NCBI RefSeq assembly: GCF_000143415.4
Contig: NW_003314299.1
Location: 62,001 to 126,000 of the forward strand
Source: Selaginella moellendorffii
Lineage: Eukaryota > Plantae > Lycopodiophyta
Direction of reading: 5' to 3'
DNA length: 64,000 bases
The position numbers and the translations under genes are program-made. The notes beneath the pieces are model-generated. The model did no database searches. It was given only the letters and a program-made list of their open reading frames with translations, and was not told the origin of the DNA. Every line of letters begins with the position of its first letter. The stretch's first letter is position 1. Below, in pieces: positions 1 through 11,290 of the stretch.

Positions 1-495
1 CTCGAATTCTTAGTCGGTGACGCAAAGAATCGCAATCCCTCCGCCGCCCGAGCGCGCGCAGCGATCGAGAGCGCTGGTAGGCTCCTTGGTCGCAGAGCGA
101 TCGCAGCCCCGGAGAATCGCAGCATCATTCCCAATGACCTAGAAATGTCCCAGCTCTTGAATCCCCCTGCTCTGTCAAAGCTCTAGAATCTCCCGTGATC
201 GTTTATATAGGTAAGCCCTAAATGTAAATAGTAAATAGGTAAATAGGAAAAATGATGAGGTAATAAGATGAGGTAACTTTCACCTCGTTTGTCAGAATTT
301 CTTTGTAAAAAACCATGTTCTGCAAAGAAAAGAATTTTCCAAGTGAGAAACAAAGGAAAGACGCACGCAGATATTAAACTCACAGTAAAAATCGATCCAT
401 CAAACAAAACCATAGCGATGTTCTGCCAAAGCGAAGAACACGAGCGAAGTTAACGCGAGCTTTGCGAAGAACAAAGACGAGAGCTCGGAGCTTAC

Positions 496-1910
496 AGTGT
501 AAATGGCCAGCTTCGATCAATCCAAGCTCCACATCCTGCGAGGCCGTCCACCCCGGCTCATACGCTTCGAGGAACGCTTGCTTGGCCTTGTTTGGAAGAT
601 CGTGAGGATGAACCAGCGGCACGCCGCGCGGCCATCCCAGCTCCGCGCGGAGGCTGGAGCACGGACTGTCCAGCGTCGTGAGATGGTTCTCCTCGCAGTC
701 CTTGAGGTTGCAGAACCGGATCTTCAAGTTCTTCCCCTCGGCAATCTCCTGGACCCTCTCCTTGAGCACCCTCTGCGCTTCCAGCCTCAAGCGCTTCGAT
801 GGCGCCAGCGGCTTGCCCCGAGAAACCTGCTTTCTTCTCTTGAGCGACTTCATCGGACCTGGAAAGACAAAGATCAAAGAGCGTTCTTTCTCCCAGCTCG
901 AGAAAAGAAGAACCTTCTTGCTGCGACGGAAACGAGAAGGCCTGCCGCATGCCGATAAGCTGGTCGATGGAGTGCGAGCGCTGCATGAAGTCGTGCACCG
1001 TGACGGACTGCTGGAACGGGCTGGATCCGGCGACTCCTCCCGACGTCGTCAAGCAGTGGAGCAATCCCGTGGCCTTGGGCATGAGCTTGAAAGCCGTGGA
1101 GCACCTCCCATACAAGTGCATATGTGATGAAGAACTCCCGGCCTCGGTCCGGAAGAACGCTGGAGTTACGTGACCCCCGGTGGCCTGGTACAGCGAGAGT
1201 CCGCAGAACAAAACCACGTCCTGGGGGCCGAGACCACCGTCGGCTAAGTGCCACCGCCCATGCATGTCACGAATCTCCAGCCCGTGCTTGTCCGACTTCA
1301 TCAGCGTCACCAATCCTTTATCGGCGTTCTGGTCGTGTCCGTCGTAGATGGTCGCCAGATCCATGGCTCCCGGGTGCTGCAAGCCGGGCCTTCCATGGCA
1401 GGACACCGAGAGAACCGAGCTGGAGACCTCTCCGTTCTTGAGAGGGATGTTGTCTAGGAACTCCGTGAAGGAGAAGCTCCGGAGCTCCAGAACCCAAGCT
1501 ATGGCCTCGAGGATGTGCCGCGAGGCCGTGCCGAGGGTGACGAAGAGCTCCGGAAGTCCTGTGGGTGGAAGCTCGGCGGTGGAGTCCGGCGTCCCTGGGC
1601 GATAGTCGAAAACTTCTTTGGCGAAGTGTGGATCCGAGTAGTAGCCGGCTGTGCGGTGCCAGTTCTGTGAATCCTCCGTGTGGATCGTCTCTGGCCCCGG
1701 CGGAGGGCGCTGGTGGAAGAACATCCGGGCGGAGTCGAGCACGCATCGCAGGAGCGTGCCGTCGCTGGCCGAGAGCTGGATCACCGCGAAGCTATATTTC
1801 TGGAGAGACTGGAAGAGCAGCACCGCGGCCTGCTTGTAGCAATCGCTCGCCAGGCCGTCCGAGGGGACTAGATCGGCGAGGCGGACGCGAGGAACCGGAC
1901 CCGCCGCCAT
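496..1910 (-). CDS. 2OG-Fe(II) oxygenase superfamily-like protein (resembles the At3g12940 type); exons ~1910-914 and 858-496, probable further terminal exon/stop downstream
   Basis: ORFs 558..1910 and 380..877 are joined in frame by a 55-bp GT-AG intron (859-913). N-terminus RVRLADLVPSDGL, core DKGLVTLMKSDKHGLEIRD and C-terminal PSKRLRLEAQRVLKERVQEIA...GWPRGVPLVHPHDLPNKAK match this conserved plant family from memory. Donor GTAAG at ~495. Confidence 0.8.
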
Positions 1911-2072
1911 TGCCGATCAGCCGCCTCCCCGCAGCCCCGGGATTTGCAGCGCGGCCGCGGCATTTGCGATTCTTACCATAGAAATCACGCCGCCACGATC
2001 GATCGTCCCGGCGCGCGCTCCCAAAAGCCCTAGAATACTCCAAAGACGTTAGGTCTTTCCTAGAGCTCGAGA

Positions 2073-2209
2073 GAACAAAGAGAGAACTTTCGCTCCTCTC
2101 GAATGTGAAGTAAAAGTACAAAAAGAAGTGCACTGAAGTGGTAAAAAACAAGTGATCTTTCGAAAACAAAGAGAGAACTTTCGCTCCTCTCGACTGTGAA
2201 GTAAAAGTA
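2073..2209. repeat. ~45-bp direct repeat (AACAAAGAGAGAACTTTCGCTCCTCTCGA[A/C]TGTGAAGTAAAAGTA) x2 between the AWPM-19-like and oxygenase genes
   Basis: Two near-identical copies starting at ~2074 and ~2165. Confidence 0.85.
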
Positions 2210-2334
2210 AAAACGAAAGAATGTATTTCCACACACTGAAAAGGTAAAAAAGAAATGTTTAAAACACACTCAGATGATCTATCTTCTTCCAGTGATCTTT
2301 CCTCCAAGATTTTGGGATGAATCTTTTTTGCGCT

Positions 2335-3111
2335 CTAGACCGCGGAGGCGACGGTGGGTTTCTGTGTGGCCTCGGACGATGTGGGCGGGAGCTCCACGGT
2401 CGGGGCCGACCTCGTTGCGACATAGCCGGGCTCTTTGTACCCGCCGAGCCTCCGGCTAAAGATGCCCGTGTGGAGCATGAGGAGATAGAAGAGCTGCGTT
2501 CCGGCGAGAATTATCGCAATGGATTCGAGCGCCCTCTGCAAAGAAGAAAACCAAGTTACTTCGCGCAGCAAAAACTAAGGACTTTCTTGCAAGAATTGAT
2601 CAAAGAAAGGCAAGCGAAGAAACACGAGGACATTACCACACTCTTGCTGTAGATTCTACCTCTCCTGATGTGCTTGCATGCGATTCTGGTCAGAAAGAAG
2701 AAGAAGAAGACTTGTTTTTCATGAATTCACACTTAGTGCGAGCTTACCCGAAAGAAAGAAGTGTGAGAAGCCACGCGATGAGACCAGCCGCTCCAGCCGC
2801 TGCAAAGCTATCCGTTCGCCAAGCTGCCAAGTGATGCATCCCCGCGAGCGAGGACGCAACTCCAACAACGCCGGCAATCAACGCGAAGATCACCAGTGTC
2901 ACCGTGATTCCATTTCCTGAGACAAGGAAAGAAAAAAATCAGTTTTTTCTTTCTTTTCCTCTTTCGGAAGAAGAAGTTTACCTCCCGGCACGAAACCACG
3001 CTCAAAGCTATCATTCAGCTTGGCCCCTGCTATGCCGAGAAGGATCATATAGAGGAAGAAGTTAAGGAAAACCAGGGGACAGAGGAGGGCCCGTCGCAAA
3101 ATCGCTGCCAT
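2335..3111 (-). CDS. AWPM-19-like (ABA-induced plasma membrane) family protein, 4 exons (~3111-2982, 2916-2748, 2685-2637, 2535-2335)
   Basis: The spliced translation MAAILRRALLCPLVFLNFFLYMILLGIAG...GNGITVTLVIFALIAGVVGVASSLAGMHHLAAWRTDS...AWLLTLLSFGIACKHI...RALESIAIILAGTQLFYLLMLH has the AWPM-19 four-helix pattern. GT-AG introns restore the frame. Confidence 0.85.
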
Positions 3112-3912
3112 TTTCGCTGGCTTTCGCAATTTGCTGCTCGGTCTCTCGCGGCCTCGATACAAAGCAAGCACTGGAAAACAGACCAAAACACTTGTCACTA
3201 GCCCTCAGCTCTAGGGGCCAAGCAAAGTTTAAATCCTCGAAGAAGCTACTCGGGATTGGCCACCAAGAACATATATAAGCATACAAGCGCTGCTTTTTTT
3301 TTTTTGGTTTAAGACCGTTCTACGGGAAGAACTGTGCAAAGAAATGGCTTTTTGCTACTAATCTCGAGTAAGATTCGCCGGATAATGCAATCGTGAGTAA
3401 CAAACCAGCGAGCTTAGACGTTAATGGTCGTTTAACGGGCAAAAAAATAAAACACTCACACACAGACACACACAACAGACGAAGGATATCCTTGGGAATC
3501 TCTCAAGAACAATATAGCATCCTCTACACCAAGAACACTACCGAAAAGCTATGTAAAGCGAGAAAAATTTAAGTGCGCGTACCTTTCTTCGCTCCTGGAT
3601 TGTTTATCCATCCATCGATCCATCGATCCATCCATCGGTCCTTGCTGGAGAAAAAGGAAGAAGAGATCTCCACCTAGAAGAATTTTTTCTTTCCGGAAAC
3701 CAAACCTCGAGTCAGCTGATCAGACGATTCAAAAGGCGCTTTACTCGCTTTTGCGCCATTCTTCGCGACGACTGAGCTGATCCAGCGCTTTGACGCTCGC
3801 ATCACACCGCATTAGAGCGATGCGATGGAGCTCTAGAGCGATCGCTTCCATGTCGCAATCCTAGGGCTTCAACGACTAACGGGGTTTTTGTTTTAGGGTT
3901 CTTCGCGGGGGA

Positions 3913-6216
3913 ATGGAGGAGGAGCGCCTTGAGCGCTTCTCGCGCTGGTCCCAGGTGAGATATTTCGACCCTTCCTCGGCAATGCAGCTGATCGATCGCT
4001 GCCAGGAGCACGGAATCCAGTTCCGCGGCTGCGCGATCAAACGCGGCAGCGATGCCGAGGGATTTGGGCTTTACACCCAAAACGATAGCGCGAGAGGTGA
4101 TTTTCTCTCTTTCTGTGCTCCTCTCAGCACGGATTTTGCAGATGTTCTCGTAGTAACGCCGCTCGATCTGGCGCTCACACCGGTGACAATTGTGAAAGAT
4201 CCAGTCCTGGGAAATGTATACCGGGAGATGCTCGGCAATGAGATTGACGATCGCTTGCTGGTAATGATTTTCCTGATCATAGAGCGTGCACGAGGGAGAG
4301 CCTCGTTCTGGGCACCGTATCCTTTGTTTTTTTTTTCCTGTGTTCCTGTGTGCCGCAAGGAAGGGAAAGAGAGAAATCCTTACATTGTGTGTAGATATCT
4401 TGAAATGCTGCCATCCGGCTTTGGTACTCCGCTCTGGTTCGAAGACGAAGAACTCATGGAGCTGGACGGTACAACACTGTTCGAGGCCACCAAAGCCCAG
4501 GTGTTTTTTCCTTCTACTTTTGTAAGCACTTGTAGTGGATACTGAGGTCATGTTTTTCCACAGCTTAAGTCCTTGAGGAGACTGTTTCTAAAGGTAAAAG
4601 AATGTACTGAAGCAGCGATGTCTTCCATCGGTCTACATAGGTACCTTTCTTGTGTTTTCAACTTTTTCTAGTGTCCTTGTATCTGTTTCGTCCGGATGAT
4701 AGGGAGCTTGAATTCCAGGAATTTCTATGGTATATATATTACTTTTTTCTGAATTGTGTAGATTGTGTCTAACGATCTTTTGAACAGGGCCAATTGTATT
4801 TTCTGGACAAGGGCACTGAACATCCCGTGTCCGGCATCGTTTGTTACCTCGTCATCACCGGAAGTTGCAAAGGACGACGGCAACAGGTTAGTGTAGGTTC
4901 TTATCCGCGTTCTAGGATTTATGTTCTTCCTCATCCTTTTATTTCTTGCAGTGCAAAAGATGTAAGCACGATTTGGATTGAAGGTCTCGTCCCGGGAATT
5001 GACTTCTGCAACCATAGTAATAAATTGCTCTTGTTTCTTTCTTTTGATGACTGAACTTGTGTTATGGCTAGCACGCAGAGCATCTGGGCTTTGGGAAATC
5101 GATGGGAGTGACGGTTCTACGTCAGGAGTTCCTCACTCAATGTACCTGATAGCTGGTACATTGTAGGTAGCTGGAACTAGTCATAACAGCTGGGCGTTCC
5201 AGGTTCAGATGTGGTTTTCCCACCCGGCTCAGAAGTTCTTATCAACTACGGAGACAAAGGGAATGAGGTAACGCGTTAGGCTGGCTGGTGCTACTGATCA
5301 CGAAACCGGTTTCACAGGAACTACTTTTCCTGTATGGCTTTGTGGAAGAGGACAATTCCAACGATTATGTGATGGTACGTAATGTGTGACATTGAAAAGG
5401 ATGTATGCTTTGATGCACCTTTTGTTAGGTCCACTTTCCAAAGATGTTTCTGGATGAAGACAACACTATGGATTTTAAATTGCAGCTACTTCGTGAACTG
5501 GTAAGATTTAAAATGTCAGATTTGAACTGGAATCTTTGTTTATTGTTCAGGACCTCTCATTGCAATGGCTTTTACCATCGTCACTACTGGCGAGTGGTTT
5601 TCTTCGGAAGAATCCAGATGACAAAGCAACCAGGACACATCCGGGATTTAGTTGGAGTGGACACCGCAAGGCACCGTCGTACTTAGATTGTTTAGTCTTC
5701 CCAGAAGACATGGTGTTATCATTAAGGGTGCTGTCTATGCCAGAAACTGCTTTGCACGGCGTTGCCAACCTTCTTGAGCAGGTAAATCCAAATTGAGTTT
5801 CCGAGATTGATTTGCTTCACAAATGAGTCTTAAACAACAGATTTCTCACGTTCCTTCGAAAGACGACATCCAGGCAGCGGTATGGGAGGTTTGTGGAGAC
5901 GCCGAGGCATTAACTTTGCTGGTGACAATACTCTCTGCCAAGTAAGATATATCAGTGTTTGCGGAATTTAAATGACTTTGGTATCAGAATGGCCGACCTT
6001 GTTCGAGGAACTGGACCCGAGTCACGAGACGAGGAGCTTCTGGAACGTGACAGGCGTTGCAAGGAGCAGGGCACTGTCGATGACACAGGCTTTCTCTCGC
6101 AGAACCATCGAGCCTGTGTAATTTACAGAAAGAGTCAGAAGCGCTTGGTAAGCAGTTTCTTACAGGAAGCTAAACTTGCCTTGGAAGCCTGCCTGGCAGA
6201 AAGAATAGAGACTTGA
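3913..6216 (+). CDS. SET-domain / Rubisco LSMT-like protein-lysine methyltransferase (At1g01920-like), many short introns
   Basis: Exon fragments MEEERLERFSRWSQ, RGCAIK..GFGLY, SFWAPYLEMLPSGFGTPLWFEDEELMELDGT, WIEGLVPGIDFCNH (SET motif), EVLINYGDKGNEELLFLYGF and GFSWSGHRKAPSYL. Multiple ~50-bp GT-AG introns; stop TGA at 6214-6216. Confidence 0.85.
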
Positions 6217-6255
6217 CTTCAGATTTAAACACAGAACAGGGTTGAAAGCCACCAG

Positions 6256-8923
6256 TTATGGTCCACTCCACTCGCAGACAAGCTCGTCTATCATTGTCCG
6301 CAGAATGCTGCTCTCAACGTCCTCGGCAATCAGCTCCACTTGCCCGTTCCAATCCATCCACTTTCCAGCACCAACACTCATGTCCTTCTCAACGAGCTCA
6401 TCAGTTGACAGCGTTTCCATCGACTTCCAGTCACTTATTTGTTGCTGAACCTCTGCACCAACCTGTGGCATCCCGACTCCAGCCAACCTCACCGATCCTA
6501 CGCCTAGGTACCAGCTTTTACAGCAGCCAAATCTTGATCTCACTGCCTCCTCCACGCAGTCGAAGAGCAACTTACGAGCTTGCAGCGAGCCTCGTCCATG
6601 AGATTTGGAAGTCATCGTCGTCTCTATGATGCTGAAAACCCGGGAAGCGACTGGACTATCTTGGCTAAGCCACCTTCTAGTTGCTGCTACGACTGCTGGC
6701 GAGCTCAGCAACTTCTCCTCCTGGTCACATAAAAGCTGACTCGTCCTAAGAACGTCGTCGATGTAGGCTGTCTCTTCCTCGAAAGAGTGCCTGCTACTTG
6801 CGGTGGAGTCGCTTATTCCGATGGAAGAGAGGTCGATGCAGCGGATTCGTGATATGTCCAGGATGGCGCTGAGAATGCTGTCACTGCCCGTGGAACTGGT
6901 ACGTAGCTTAGCATCTGGACCAACTTTTTTAGCTCCTAAACTTACAAACTCGATTGCTCTTACCAGGTGAGTCTTCGCCACCACTGTCCAACGGTGACGA
7001 GTGCATCTCGTCGACAAACGGTGGCTCGAGCACCGAAACTGGACTGGGCTGTCCACCCTCCGATCGAGATGACCGGCTGCACTCATAGTTCCCGCAATTC
7101 GAGTTTGTCGGAGAGCTCCCGCTTCCTTCCGACCGAGCCACGCTGCTACTATCGTCCGAGAGCAGCTCCTCACAAAACTGTCGTGGAGCAATCAAGCACA
7201 AAGTCAGGCCGGAAGAACACGAGGAAAGAGAAAACAACAAGAGCCACACTCACCCGGGGAGGAGTAACACCAGCGCAAGAAGACGATGCCACCGAGGACA
7301 AAGAAATATCATCAGCTAGGCCTTGTCTCGAGCTCAACGAAGAAGCGGAAGCTTTCCTCCCAACGGATTGAAAGCTCCGCGCAGCTTGCTTGGTGGTTCC
7401 AGCGCCGATGTTCCGTGATCTTCTCAGCAATGCGCGCATTAAAGACGACGATGCCTCACTTTTGCTCGGCCTCGCCGTGCCACTCGTCGCACTCGTGCTG
7501 CTGTGATCCTTGCCACTTCCGTCGCTGCTGCTGGTACGCTTCGTCCTCGTCCTGTTACTTTCTTTCTCTTTTCCCCTCTGATTCCCAAACAGCCTGTTTG
7601 TGGTGTAGCTCAGGATTCCATGGCTGCTACTGGTGGAGTTCTTCATTGTGACCAACTTTGCAGTGGGAGAAAACGACGCTCTCTGGGGTAAGTGGTCCTC
7701 TTCCCTTTCATTGCTGCTCTTGATGATGAGCTGATCGGACTCTCGTTGCTTTTGTTGCTTGTGCAGCCTCCGGATTTCAGACCATCCCAATCCTCCACCA
7801 CCTTCGTGCTGCTGCTGGAGTCCCAGGTCCGACTTACTCCGAACCAAGTTTCCACCATCGCTGACCTTGTTCTTCGTCGACTTTGACACCGATGATGACG
7901 ACGAAGAGTTCGAGCTCAAGCGATCGCTGCTGGAGCTGAAACCACCGAACCTTTGCCGGATGCTCTCGGAGATCTTGGCCAGCCTTCTGGAAGTTGACGA
8001 CGACGAGGAGCCGAGAGTTGGCTCGGATGAGCTCCGGTTCAGCGACAACTTCCTCCGGCTCGAGGGCTTCTTGTCCGCGGTGCCCGTGTCCAAATTCTGG
8101 TGCTGCGGTGGACGATGATCATCGGTCGGCAAGACCTTCACGGCAGCCTCCGCTACCAGGCCACGCTTCTTCTTTGACGGGCTCTTGATCGGTGAGACCT
8201 TGCTACCACCACTCTTTTGCTCTCCCTTTTTCTTCTTCGATTTCTCCCCTTCTTCCTGTTCGTGTTCCACCGCTGGAACCCGAGCCCTCCTCATCAGTCC
8301 TGCAAATTTCTCCACCAGCGATGGTCCTCTCCTCCCATTCTGCCGCTGGTGATCCTCCTCCAAGCTACGATACTGATCCTCTTCCTCTCGCAGGAGCTCG
8401 CGGAGTAGCAGCGGCTCTTTGATCCTCAGGAGCTCCTGGAGCTGGAGCTGCTGCCTCTCTCCTCCTCCTCCATTCTCGCGGAGGATCATCACTGGCGGCG
8501 AGCGACCATCGCTACCACTACTGCTACTTACTGCTGAGAGATCCTTGATTTTGGCGCCCACTGGCAGCGAATCCAAGCCCATCAGCCTCGCCACCACATT
8601 GGGCTCGTGGATCGCCGCGTCATCGAAGCTAGAATTCAGAGATTCTTCCTCTGGAGCTCCCTGATCACAAAACGAAAAGGTCCTGTCACTCAAATGGGAA
8701 TGGAATAAAAAGAGGGGTCTTTACCAAAAGTAGCTTCCTGCGAGCTTGGCCATCGCTGCTACTGTGTCTCCTCACCGATTTCTCTACGAAAACGAGGATC
8801 AATCCATCGCTGCCCAGCAAAAAAATTCGATTTTTGTGTGTCCATACCTTCTCTATTCGCTGCGAACAGCCGCCGCGCGTGCTTACTGCTAGCCGCATTG
8901 GGTCTTCGTGGGGATTCATCCAT
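6256..8923 (-). CDS. TRM/LONGIFOLIA-like protein (VARLMGL/DUF3741-associated motif, C-terminal DUF4378); 5' exons approximate
   Basis: PNVVARLMGLDSLP motif, QPSPVSVLEPPF motif near 7050, and C-terminal RKLLFDCVEEA...DELVEKDMS..GKWMD..IAEDVESSILRTMIDELV. ORFs 7170..8693 and 6256..7191 are separated by a short intron. Confidence 0.8.
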
Positions 8924-11290
8924 CCTCTCTCGAAAGAAAAGAGAGAACAAACTCTCCTGGGAATCTCTAGCTAGCTCGAAGCGCGACGACAACCAAGATT
9001 CCAATCGATCGCTCTGGGACCCTCTAGAGCCTGGAGCGCACTGGAGCGATCCAAAGAGCCCGAGTGGGGCATCTATATGATCGGGGGTGCCGGCCCAGAG
9101 TAAATGCGATCGCTTCCTCTCTTTTTTTCAAACCGGAAAAAGGCAGCGCGAGAGCGCCAAGAGGAAGAAATCCAAAAAAAAGCGAGGAGGAGATAAAGGC
9201 ACCAAAGGAAGAAAACAAGAACAAACAACACCAATGAATGATCCCACCCGTGAACCCAGCCTCCGCTCAAAATTCCCAAAAGAAGAAGGGTCGATCGATC
9301 GCTGGGAGAGAGGGAGCGAACAAAAACAAGAACTCGCTTTCAAGGGATTTTGCGATTCACGGGACCCGCATTGCCATCGCCCACCAATGGATCGATCGTC
9401 TACTCGATCGAGGCCAATACAATAGAAGAAGATCACGCAAAGAGGGAGGAGCCCTCTTCTCGCGAGTGTTCTTCTTCTTCTTCTTCCTTCTTCTTCCTTT
9501 TGGGCGGTCTCGTTTGGCTGCTACTAATCAATGTCAATTCTCCGAAACTGCCCAAGCACTGTGGCCCCTGTGATCGATCCCACACTTACCTTGTGTGAAA
9601 AAGAGAGGAGGAAAAAAAAAAAATCTCTTCCCATCCCACCTAAAAAACACTCGTCTTGCTTCGCTCACTGCGCGTGTAAGTTCACAGCTCGTAAACTTCG
9701 CGTTCTCGACAGGGCGCCAAACCAAACGCATCAAACCCTCAAATGAAAATCCCACTCCCAAAGTGAGAGATTTTTACCCCCGCACAAATTTACCCGCCAA
9801 GGGATATTCTCCTCCCTTGGCAAGAATGCTCCACGTGGGCGGGTCAAATGCTGCCAGGTCAGCAGAGTGGCATATACTTTTTTAAATACGCGTCGCGGGG
9901 CAAAATCAATTGATCCGATTTTGGGAGGGTGCGTCGTATGTCTACGAGTAGGTCTACTGTACAGGCTATAGTACTGTAGGGACCCCTGCCTTGTCTTTCC
10001 ACTGGCACTTGCCTTAAAGAATGTGGCCTTAGCTTTGATCAAATGATTTTCCTATGGTTTGTTGCCAGGGCTATGGTCATGAAATGAAAATCTTTTTGGC
10101 TAACGGTATGATAGAACAACGTATTTAAATCGCGTGGTTTTTATATCTTGTGGTTTGCAAAGATTGGAGGCTGACACAAGAACCCTAAAAGTTGCAGACT
10201 CCCAGATTCTTTGTGCCATAGAATCCGCGAAGCCAGCGCGCAGTGGGCATTTACTCGCTTGTCTTATCGAATTTATGGGCAGATTTTAAAAAGGAATTTG
10301 CCCTCTATTTCTTGCACCGCCACCTTTTCACCCAAGAACGGGTACAGTCGAGAAAATTCTCCAAGAACGAAGTTAAGTTAAACATTTGTTGCGAAGTTGA
10401 CAAGCTCTACTCTCGTTGTTTTGTCTTGAATGACAACTCGTGCTAGATCATGGGCCTGAAATTTGATTGTAAGTTGGCCCCAAAACCGGGGAACTGAAAA
10501 GAAAGAAACACTTTCTCTCGATTCAAACAATCCCAGACAAGAACACCAACATTTCAAACTGGCCTTTGAATTTGACAAAAATCTCTCGACAATGTGGTGT
10601 GTCGGTGCTTTCTCGGAGATCGATTGATTAGCATTAGTTTGAGAGCAAAGATTTGGACTCAAGCCACAAGACAGCGAAGAACTCTCGTGCTCAAGTTCAA
10701 AACCAGACAATCGATAGAAGAAAGCGAATTGTCCCACACATGGAACACCAAGTTGACTGTAATACAAATGTATTTTTGGTGTTGTACGTATGTGTATGCT
10801 TTTGCGGGAAAAGTAGAATTAAAATAGTCGGGCGGACGGTTTGAATTTGAATCCGTACTTGGCGCCTTCCGGGATTTAGAAACACGGAAGAAGAATATAA
10901 TCAAAAGCTCAAGAACAAAAGCATTATATCTTGTGACAGTGAGGATCGATCGTTAGGCTGGCTAACGTACGTTGTTCCAGAGATAAAAATAATTTCCATC
11001 TGAAAGCTTTAGAAATGAGAGTGCAAGGTGTCGAACCCAATACCTCTCGCACTAATTTCCCTACTAATTTGATTAAGAAATTTAGTGCTTTTAACAAAAT
11101 TTATTACTTAATTTAACAAATTAGGTATTCCAAAGATACATGCTGAGATAAAAACAATTCCCATTACTTCTAATTTAATTAAGGTTATAACTATCAAATT
11201 GTTCATAACTCCAGGAAAACTTAATATTTAACTTACAGTAACGGAAAATAAAATAAAAATATATCAATTAATCTTTTTACAAAGTGATGG

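Noticed and set aside
503-1981. Numerous overlapping ORFs on the opposite strand of GC-rich genes (also within the PPR, TRM and U-box genes)
   Set aside because: Shadow ORFs from GC-rich codon usage with no recognisable motifs.
9900-10950. Possible gene between the TRM-like and PPR genes
   Set aside because: Only short ORFs with no recognisable motif or consistent exon chain; cannot be supported.
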